The position numbers were made by a program, and so were the translations under genes. The notes under the pieces are model-generated. The model was not told the DNA's origin, did no database searches, and worked only from the letters and a program-made list of their open reading frames with translations. A stretch of 64,000 bases of DNA, taken from positions 59,894,001 through 59,958,000 of the forward strand of contig NW_024704743.1 in NCBI RefSeq assembly GCF_018977255.1. Direction: 5' to 3'. Position 1 is the first letter of the stretch. Every line of letters starts with the position of its first letter. This DNA comes from Callorhinchus milii (lineage: Eukaryota). Shown here one piece after another: positions 26,657 through 36,915 of the stretch.

Positions 26657-26962
26657 TGTCCAGTTTTGGTCTCCTTATTTAAGGAAGGATGTACTTGCCT
26701 TGGAGGGGGTGCAGTGTAGATTTACTAGGTTAGTGCCAGGGATGAAGGGGATGAGTTACGAGGATAGGCTGACCAATTTGGGCCTATATTCTCTAAAATA
26801 TAGGAGAATTAGAGGGGATCTTATAGAAACCTATAAGATCATCAAAGGGCATGATAGAGTACATAGTGGGAGATTGTTTCCCCTGGTTGGAGAAACCAGG
26901 GGAAACAATCCCCTGATCGAAGGGCCGAATGGCCTACTCCTGCTCCTACATGTTATGTTATG
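26657..26962 (+). mobile_element. CR1 LINE ORF2 C-terminal fragment plus tail
   Basis: VQFWSPYLRKDVLALEGVQCRFTRLVPGMKGMSYEDRL...RGDLIETYKIIKGHDRV, then GAAGGGCCGAATGGCCTACTCCTGCTCCT(ATGTT)n. Confidence 0.9.
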
Positions 26963-27380
26963 TGACGCTGCTGTGCGCATTTGCCTGTCACCTTTCACCC
27001 ACAAAAATATACAGTCAATTCACTTTACAGTATAATCTGTGAAGCACTTTGAGACATCTGGATGACGTGAAAAAGCACTATAACAAATAGAAAGATTATT
27101 ATTATGTTTGCATCCCAAATTTCGGAAACATGGTAAAGATAGCCAACCCCATTAGAAGACTAATAATAATAATAATAATAATCCTTGCATTTGATATAGC
27201 GCTTTTCACGTCGGGAGGATGTCCCAAAGCGCTTCACAGAACACACTGTAAAGTGAATTGACTGTATATTTGTGGGCGAACGCGGCAGCCAATTGCGCAC
27301 AGCAATGTCTCACAAACAGTCGTGGATTGAAAATGACCAATGTATTATTGTTTTGTTTTTTGGAGGGATTATTATTAGGC
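26963..27380. mobile_element. Two SINE 3' halves in tail-to-tail inverted orientation (+ 26963-27104; - 27161-27380)
   Basis: Both carry GCTGTGCGCA...AAATATACAGTCAATTCACTTTACAG...TCTGTGAAGC...GACGTGAAA...(ATT)n. Confidence 0.8.
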
Positions 27381-28107
27381 AATTGATGTCAAGTTAAAAA
27401 TAATATGAGTTTTCAGTTTGCATCCATTACTTGAGCCTTTAAGGACATTTTGCTCTTAAAATTTAAGAGTATGCATAATTGTGGAAAATTCTTAAATTCA
27501 GTCTTAATTTGAAAGATGTTTTTCCATATTTCTTAAAAAGAACCATCTGTCAAATTAAGATTAAATTTAAGAAAATTCCACATTTATGCATAATCTCAGC
27601 ATGTAAAACATAAACTGCTCTTACAGGCTAGCACTTGGTAGAATTTCAGGCTTTATTTGTTTTCAACAATTGATGCAGAGGGATATTTCAAGGAATCATA
27701 AAAAGATTACAGCACAGGAGGTCACATTGTGTCTATACTGGTGCTGGCACCCCAAGAGTGACTCTTAGATGAACATTTTAGGTTAACGCTTTATAATAAT
27801 AATAATAATAATATTATAATAATAATATTATTATTATTATTAACGCTTTAGAGTATTACTTCAACGATGCTTTGCCATATAACTATGTTTATTTAGGAGT
27901 TGTTGGATACATTAACACATTGTTCTATTACTTTGAGGATCCAGATTCACATCATTTCTTCTCCTCAACTGCTGGAAGCTCCTATTTTAAATTAGTTTAA
28001 GTTGCCTCAACATAGTTAAGTACACGTGTATATAGCACACAACTGCCATCAAGACTCACTCAAAGAGGGCTTAAGGACACTGTAGTTGGTGAAAATACTG
28101 CAAAATA

Positions 28108-28470
28108 CAACAACAACAAGATTTCATTTATAGAGCGCCTTTCACGTCGGGAGGACGTCCCAAGGCGCTGGACAGTTGGGTCAGGATCCGAGCAGGGGGG
28201 AAATAGTCAGGGTTAAGGGAGGGAAGGGAGGGAGCGAGGAGGGGGTAGCGAGTCGAGAGGGGAGCTGAAGGCACGGTTGAAGAGAAAGGTCTTCAGACCA
28301 GCCTTGAAGGAGGAAAGGGAGGAAGCAAGGCGAAGGCACTGGAGGATGGAGTTCCAGAGCCTAGTTGCTGAGAGGCTGAAGGCCCGGCCACCGATGGTAG
28401 GGCGGTTAGGGCGGGGGATGTGGAGCAGACCGGAGCCAGAGGAACGGAGGGTACGGGCAGGTAACACACA
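28108..28470 (-). mobile_element. Young L2 LINE 3' end
   Basis: ORF 28213-28482 RTLRSSGSGLLHIPR...GGRAFSLSATRLWNS...SFKAGLKTFLF (L2 ORF2 C-terminus), CpG-rich, with stem-loop tail and (GTT)n. Confidence 0.9.
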
Positions 28471-30124
28471 GTGAACTGCCAAAAAGACCCGAGCAAAAGC
28501 ATTAGAGGTGAACTTGCAACACTAAAGCAAGCTGCAGCCATCATGCTGGTGAACGTAAGCGCTGTAGGTCTCGGAATGCAGAGTAGACCAGCTACATCCA
28601 ACTGCTGGGTGGAAGTTTGATTCTAGGATTTGGAAAAAAAGTTTTTGTATAATCCCAATATGAACAATTCATGTTTACATGCAAATTGAATCAACTGACA
28701 GCTTCACTCTTTACACAGTTATCAATGGTATAAGAAATTTTGCTTTCAAACTTGTTCTGTACAACATGACCTATGGCATTCAAGATTCTGTTTCATTTTT
28801 TGAAAGAGACTAACATTTCCCTCACATCCCTCTGTTCAGTAATTAGAGAGACTTCAATCCTCCCATGCCAATATAGGCTGGGTCCATGATTGGAGTTACA
28901 CGATTGAAATGCCGCTAGCCCTTAACTTGTAAACAGAGACCTGCTGGCAGTATCTCAATCTCACTCCAGATTGTCCAAATATCCAAACAACAAATCTCCC
29001 TAGGAATACATTTTCCAGTAAGTATGTTATTTTAACGAACTTTAAAACCACGGAAACATGTTTTATATGGCAAAGTGACTTTAATAGGTTACATATTTTT
29101 TTCTTTACAAGCCTTTGAATCTGCGACATATATAGACATTCTGCTACACTATGGCACTGACTATTGCTGCCACTTGCCATACTGAGGTCTCCTCCGTGTT
29201 GCTTCCAATATTACCGGCTGCGGAGCCGTTTAGATGATCGAAAATTGCACTTTTGCTTGACCAAAAGAGTTCTTACTAATTGAATGTTTTAAAACAATTT
29301 TGGTAGTCTCTATCTGGTTAAAAATGTGGTTTGTGAAGTTATGATTAGCATTAATTTGGGACTAATTCTGAATGGGAGCCAAAGGTGGTGTTCATTGCAG
29401 GCAAAACTAAAATTAGGATCGGTGGCAAACTCAACTAACATTGATCCACCCAATTGTACAACTAAACCTGTTGATAACTAAAGACAAACGTGGATCACAC
29501 TTTTTGGTGATATGATAGTTATCACCTGTGATAATTGTACAAAAGCAACTTGCATTTATTTAGCATATTTCATGTAGGATGTTGTTCATATGGGATGTAG
29601 GATGAACATGGTTCATATAAATAAAAAGCACCAAGTAAGGAGGAAAGGGATGAGAATTTGAGAATGCTGACTGAATCCACAATGAAAGAGATACTTTCTA
29701 TTGATGGATTTCAAAGGGAGGTAAGAAACAGCAAAGAGAGAGGGATCCAGAGATCAAGAGCATAATATATATAAAAGAAATACCAAGCTAATGATGGTAA
29801 ATATATGGTATACATGCATAAGTGTGCATACAGTCCAATTCCAGTAGCACGTGGGAGACACAATCTCCCACCTACCAATTATTCGTTGTCTGCCACTCTG
29901 AACATTAATCTTTTAATCTCCTACTGAAGATTTCAACTGCTGTTAGTGATGCTTATAGAATCATAGAAATTACAATATAGGACACTGTTTGGCAGTGGTA
30001 ACCAATTCCCACCTAGGTCTTGGAAGAGCCCCCATCCTCTGAGCTAATTTTGCGCCCCCCCACCCCACCACCACCCCTACTCCCAGCCCACCAGTGTCTA
30101 TTGAAAACTAAATTAACATAACAT

Positions 30125-30497
30125 AGTCCTGTAGCTCAGGGGTTTAGAGCACTCGCTTTGCCAGCGAGAGACCTGGGTTAGATTCCCAGTAGGGTGAAAC
30201 CTTGGGCAAGTTTTCTTACTTCACACGCCTGATAATAATCGCTCAAAAAAACATTAATAAATTGGTCATTTTAATCCACAAATGTTTGTGGGACACTGCT
30301 GAGGAAGGGTGGTGGGGCAAAATTAGCTCAGAGGATGGGGGGTCTACCAAGACCTAGGTGGGAATGGGCAGTTGGCTGCTGCATTTCGCCGACAAATATA
30401 CAGTCAATTCATTTTACAGTCTATTCTGTGAAGGGCTTTGAGACGTCTAGAAGACATGAAAAGCACTATATCAAATGTAAGGATTATTATTATTAAT
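30125..30497 (+). mobile_element. tRNA-derived SINE with internal deletion and inserted inverted flank segment
   Basis: Head GTCCTGTAGCTCAGGGGTTTAGAGCACTCGC, shared tail and (ATT)n. Foreign segment at ~30301-30370. Confidence 0.75.
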
Positions 30498-30734
30498 ATA
30501 TAATCATATTTACAAGGTATGCTTAGAAAAAAAATATTTGTGGGGTGTGGGTGGGGAGGGGGGGGGCAAAGTGTGGTTACTGCTCTCCCTGGGTGATGGG
30601 AAATAATAATAAAATAATAAAATTAATAATAATAATAATAGTAAATAATAAAAATGAAATTAAAAAAGAGCACCACTAAGAACTCATGGAAGAGCTACTC
30701 CTTCTTCTCCCCCATCATGGCTCTTTGCCCCATC

Positions 30735-31105
30735 TTGCAACTCTTCCACAGGAGCTAGCTACTCTAATCCAAATACCAAGTTACTTCTCAAAACTTTTTC
30801 TTATATACATTCTTCAAATATTTATCCCATTCCCCTTTAAATATTGTTATGGTCTGAGCCTCACTAACTATTTCTGGCAAACCATTCCATGCTCTAATGA
30901 CTCTCCGACACTGGCTTTGCGAGTTGGTGTGCATCTGTGCAGTTTGATGCTGTCAGCACCTGAGGTAAGAATGCTCTGATGGGAGCCAAGCAGTAGAACC
31001 TCTGTCTTGTCAACTTTGAACTGAAAAGAGTTAGAGCTCATCCAGAACTTGATGTCTGACAAGCAATCGGTCAGAACAGCAGTGGTGCTGGAGTCAAGGG
31101 TAGGC
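30735..31105 (-). mobile_element. CR1 tail fragment (30735-30905) joined to an L2 RT fragment (30906-31105)
   Basis: LDSSTTAVLTDCLSDIKFWMSSNSFQFKVDKTEVLLLGS in ORF 30868-31179. The left part resembles 25760-25920. Confidence 0.7.
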
Positions 31106-31228
31106 CAAATGTAAAAATTATTATTATTATAATACAGTATATATCTCTCCCAGGAATTAGGGCATGCTTTGAGGAGCATAAATTTACAAGTCCAAAATGG
31201 GCATTATTCAATATTGTAACTTAGAAGG

Positions 31229-31315
31229 TCTGAAATGCTGTACTCTGTCCAGCGCCTTGGGACGTCTTCCCGACGTGAAAGGCGCTATACAACTGTAATC
31301 TTGTTGTTGTTGTTG
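31229..31315 (+). mobile_element. Tail-only L2 insertion with 7-bp TSD
   Basis: CAGCGCCTTGGGACGTCTTCCCGACGTGAAAGGCGCTATAC...(GTT)n, flanked by TAGAAGG at 31222-31228 and 31316-31322. Confidence 0.75.
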
Positions 31316-34300
31316 TAGAAGGCATATGTAAAGATTCAGGTCAGCTGGATTCCAGCAGTGTTGTTCCAGTAATGCAGGCTGATATTAATCCACTGCAGTG
31401 CTTCCATACTTATGCAAGACATAAAGATGAATGACAAGAATTTGCACAGGATGCCAGGATGAAGCTCATATCCTGTAAGGTTCAAAGGTTAACAGCTGAA
31501 CTGCTTTGTCCCATCAGTCATTATCTGCATCATGAAATATGCATTTGTCAGTTTTATTCAGATTAAATGATACGGCTTTGCCCATTGATTGCTAGTTGAA
31601 TAATATGCAATAAATATAAAATAGAAAACTATTTAGTTTTCCTTTATATCACACAATTTAAAATAAAACTCAGATTACCTGTGGCACAGCCACATAGTTA
31701 ATCAAGCTGGAGTCAACCATCTGCTGAGGAAAAAGAAAATAGTAAACCAAGTTCGCAAAAAAGAGACAAATTGCTATAAGGGATAATAAGTTTAAATGTG
31801 TTTTCCAGGACAATAACAGATCTCAAAGTGGAGATGCCATTGACATATCACTCAGATGGCAACACCTCAACCCCTTGAGGTGTTACTTCCTATATAATAC
31901 ACTCCAGACTGTTATCTTGTATCTAGTATCGAGTGGACATACAATTACCCTGTAATCACCTGTAGGTTTTTCTCTGTAAAACTGCAGTAATGATATCACA
32001 CAGTCCTGACAAACACTGCTGTGCATGTCACAGTGTACTGCTCTCAGCTGTCATTTTTACCTCGGAAGTGTGCACTGAAAAAAAATTGAAAGAGAGTATG
32101 AAAAAACTCAATTGGTCCCGATTTTATTCATGTTTGTAATCATAAGGAAAAATCATTTTTATTATTTGAAAAGTTTTAAAAAAGTTGTAACTGTCAACAA
32201 CTTTGCTCTACTAATTTATGATGCCAGTTTGTCATCACCTATCCACTGGACCTGGTCCTCTCCCCATTCTTTTTCAACTTTGTGTGATCTTGCTTTTTTG
32301 GCCTTGGCCATTTGTGTGAGTTTCTCAATAAATAAAATGTGATTTATGCTCCTCCCAAATCTGAACCTCTCGACTATATGAACGTTGAGTAATCACTCAT
32401 TGTTACCCGTTGTTTTTCATTTATTTCATAATCAATTTGAATTATATTTGTATAATTCTGATCCGTTGTTCTATGGCTTGTGTCCTCCGATAATATGACA
32501 GAGAAAAAGATCAGCATTGTCTAATGGTGAATATAGTTCCAGTATAGAGGTCTAATGTCTATTTTTTCCTAAATTAATTCCTTAATACATTATCCCAATA
32601 GGACTCCCATTTATCCTGGAAACTGCTTTAGAAGTAGATTGTGACAGACTGGATGTTCTGCTGGGTACACATTATATACTCTGAGTTACATTATTAAGAA
32701 GAAATAATGGTGTCTTGGCCAACAATCCCCAGATAAAATTGGTCATTCACTTCATGGTTGTTTGTGGGACACTGCTGTGTGCAAATTGGCTGCCATGTTC
32801 ACCTACAAAAGCTGCGCATTTACAGTTTCTAAAATGTGAATGGTGCTTTGTCAAATAAAAGGATTTTTAAAGATTATTAAATTAGACCACAAAATTACTC
32901 GCCGAATGATTCAATTAAAATAGATTATATAAAGAATAAGATAATCATTTCACTTTGCTTCTTGTGAATTTAACTTTAGTTCCTATAACATTAATATCTT
33001 TAATCTGGGGTAATTTTTAAAGATGGCTTTCTCAAGAATTTCTCATTGTTAAGATTGATGTTCATGACAATGCTGGTCTAATGTTTGTACTCATTTTATT
33101 TAAATAAATGTGAGCACTCCTTTAGCTACCATCTCATTTCTATTAATCTGTCTGCATATATATTTAACACCTGTATTATCTTTAAGTAAGGTAAGGATAA
33201 GCGAAACTAAAAATTAACTTGTAAATGCAATACTTGTAATTTCAAAGAAAATGTGGCTTTGTTGTCAAATTAAACGAAAATATGGGCCCTGGTGCTTTCA
33301 TTTGGCCTCCGAGAGCAGACAAGAAATGTGAATGGTGTCTGGAACTCTATTGCAGAGACACAACATGAAGCTATTGGAAAGGTGTCTTAAGACCTGCTGC
33401 ACCCTTCCCTGAGAACAAAGAGGTTATTAATTAGGATGCAACGGATGTATCAACTACATAACCTACAGACTGTGATTGCTGCAACATGATGCTTACCTAA
33501 TCAAGTATTTTTCATTACTGATGTTCGAAGTCGTCCTGCAATATCCCTTTCCCAGATGTTTTAGGAATTTCCATTCTTATTGTTGGGGAAATTCACAGCC
33601 TTTTTGTGCGGCTGATTTGAGGTGGCAGGAGCTTTTAGCAATTGTGGTAAACTGCAATTTGCAGCCAAACGAAATGGTATTTTTTTAAAAAAAGAAAATC
33701 GCACTTAACGATATCTTTCACTGGTCAGTATTCGGAGTTAAACTGATCACAAATTTCTCAGTAAACCCAGTTGTACTGTACTCAATCTGCTCTGCATGTG
33801 TGTTGAAACTTTTAACAGCATTCCCATGGTGTTGCACTCATCTGTGATGATCATTTCAGAAACTCGTCATTTTAGTTGCGCTTTTATTTTGTTTCGTGTA
33901 GAACGAAGTACTTGGCCAACTCGCTTACTGCAAACACTATATAAACAAATAGTATTTCCGAGCCCCAGCCAGGGCAGAAGTACTGTAGTACACATATCAA
34001 CGTGCCTTGCCTATTTATTCTAGCATTTTAATTTTTAGGGAAAGGTCTTAACAGTGTGTATATGAATGGAAAAGAATAAACAACTATTTAACGTTAATAC
34101 ACATTTAGGACATGTAAGGATTCAATGGCACATTCTGATCATTGTAGTTTCGACAGACACATGACCTTATTAAAAGTCAAACAAAATCAATTTAAGATGG
34201 AATCTTAAAAAGCTTCAATGAGTTACATACAGTACCTTTTCGACATCTTCGGGGTTTGTATTGTTCCTCTGGTAAACCATAGTAGTGTGCAGGTAAGGGC

Positions 34301-36769
34301 GATTAGTGTAATCTAGTGTGCTATGTGTTCACATGAATAGGTGATTCAGTGGAAAGGCAATAGTGAGAGAAGGCTGTGGCTATGTTCACATACACCAAGT
34401 TTTATTGGTATTCATATTACACCCGCTCTCATCAACAGGTCACTTCAGTGCTAAGATGTCAAACCTACTATACAGCCAGGGACAGAAAGACTGACACAAA
34501 TCAAACCCAGTACAATATATTGCTTGTTTTCAATGAACCATTACGCCCAGAACTCGCTCAGAAAACGTGACCTGTATGAAAGTCATTGGGGTACCCGACA
34601 TTTAGGGCTAAACGCGATCCAGATCTATAAAGCTCTACCTCGCCAGCAGTTAGAAAACGTTACTATAAGAACATCCTTCTTGGTCCTTTTCAAAACAAAC
34701 TTAATCATTTTTAGGTAATGACTTGAAATGCAAATAGCATTGGCAACAGTAAAAACGGATTCAAGCGCAGCCCAAACTGTTTAAATCCTTGCAATGAATG
34801 TCCCATCCACTCATTAGTTACATGATGAACTGGGTGTCAGATGTGTGCCTTCAGCGCTTCGAACAGTGTCTGTATCAGAAGGCTCAGAGCTTGATTAACG
34901 ATTTGGGTGCAGAAATAAAAAAAACATAAATTTACATTGCAGCTCTCCATTCCAGGATAGAACAACATACGCTTTCAGTCTTCAAGAGAAATTAGTTTTT
35001 TTTTTAAAAAAAGTTAAATGTATAGATAATCCACATTAGACTGCGATCCAATGTTAAATGCACAACACACACTTTGTTGTATCCTGTAAAGCTTAATCCC
35101 TGGAAGGGTCGGTATTCCGGTGGACGGCCTATTTATGTGTGTGGAGTTGTGTGCAATGAACGCTTGAAAATCTGGTTGTTTCTGCCTAAAGAGAGTCTGC
35201 TGACCCGGCGCATTTATCTGAGATTATGGAGTGCCTCTCTTAAAATTGCTTCAATCTCCCAGATCAACTATCGCATTGATTCTGATCGATTACCTCTGAC
35301 AACATCCACTTCTGATCACCCTGAACTCTACGTTAAATTAAAAAAAATTAATCAAGAACTCTTTTGAGTCGAACTTGATATCGAATCAGGAACATTTATT
35401 TTAAAATATGAGCAGGCTTGAATTGTGAAATATTTCACAATTCATATATCAACACGGCATCTCAACTGTAGTGGAGATCAATCCTAAATCATTGCCAATA
35501 TTTACTGTGTTTGCATTTGGGATTGTAATTCCAATCCCATGTTGGATGTGTTACTAGATAGCGGGCTGTTACTGCAGATACTGTGCTATTAGAATAGACA
35601 GTGTGCTGTTAATGGAGGTATTGTGGTATTATATTGATGAATATTGGGCCTCTCTACAGATTCTGTATAATACCAAACTTCGTTTCGAACTGCAAATAAC
35701 TACTACAATATTAAATAAATTATGAAATAGAATTAATTTTAAATGGCGGTCAATGAATCCTAGTGTACAACTAATGGCCGTGTGGAAGAAAAACTGAAAG
35801 TAAGAAGGTTGCTTTTCCCTGGGCCCGAGGACGTAAAAGGATGTTGGTGGTTTGCTTGATATATTTACAGTCTGGGAGAGATACGTGAAGCGAGTGCAAT
35901 AGTCTAACATATCACAGCTCTACTGATACGGTTACAACTTGGGGGGATTCCTGCCGTAGGACCTCGCTGCTCTTTGGAGCTATTGGCATCATTTGTAGTG
36001 TTCCTCAAATTGGTGGCTGACAGTGAGCAGTCACCGTGGGACAAGCTCCCAACTCACAGTGTGCACAGCTTGATGTTTCACAAGCCCATCTGGTTTGTGG
36101 CGGCGGCTAAAAGGTGAAGCTTAAAGTTACAGAAACGCTATAAAATGTGCAGCGTTGTTTCAGTTTCCTCCCAGCACATATCAAACATTAGGAGGAAACT
36201 GAAAGTGCACAGCAGAGTGTGTCCTCCTGTTTACCAAAGGATCTTCGTTCGGTGAATTCATTTGAATAGCTTTCAAGCTGCAAATGGAAATGTGGCTTGG
36301 TGCCCTCTATTTCAGCAGTGTCCTGGCAACAGTGCAATTTTCTATCATCAAGGATAAATGGCATCGAACAGTACATTCTGATATAAAAAAAGGAGAGAGA
36401 AAAAGCTTTCGACCAAGCACCCCATGATTGCTGCCCTTGCTGTCACTCACATAAAAAAAAGCAAGCGCTCTCCAAACCTGAGCCGGGTTTATTGTCCTGG
36501 ATAATGATCACACCTTGTCCTGACATACCGCCGCCTCGGGAACAAACCTCGCCACCAGTCTGTCTGTCTGTCTGTCTGTCTCCCTCCGAACCCATCCGTG
36601 TCTTGTTAATAACAAATGCAAAACAACATTGTGTGTGTGTTGGGGGGAGGGGGGGGGGGGGGGAGAGAGATTGTGTGTGTGTATATGTGTGTGTTTGGGG
36701 GAGAGGGAGAGATGCCGAGTATTTCGTTCCAAATGTCACTTCGACATGTTCGAAGGTATTCTGCTTTAA

Positions 36770-36915
36770 TTCTTCAAACTGCCTCTTCTAAAAATAAAAC
36801 CCAAGATAATTACACTGACAAAACAGGGTAAAGCACCAGCAATAATTTGCTACAATTACAGCGTCCTCGCAGCCACGTCAATTAATCAGAATTAGGACAG
36901 ATAGCAGCTTTGCAA
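36770..36915. promoter_or_regulatory. Candidate conserved enhancer upstream of Dlx6 (MEF2 + homeodomain sites)
   Basis: MEF2 consensus CTAAAAATAA at 36788-36797, TAATTA at 36807-36812 and several further TAAT/ATTA cores in non-repetitive DNA. Confidence 0.45.

Noticed and set aside
30125..30195. tRNA-like sequence
   Set aside because: It is a SINE head that continues into SINE body and tail. The B box is degenerate; same family as 9333-9700.
31861..31884. Hairpin AACACCTCAA-CCCC-TTGAGGTGTT (and a 10-bp-arm hairpin at 40999-41032)
   Set aside because: Short stems can arise by chance in 64 kb and have no supporting context.
367..33700. Many 60-150 aa ORFs in the upstream region
   Set aside because: No homology I can recognise other than LINE remnants, and no consistent exon structure.
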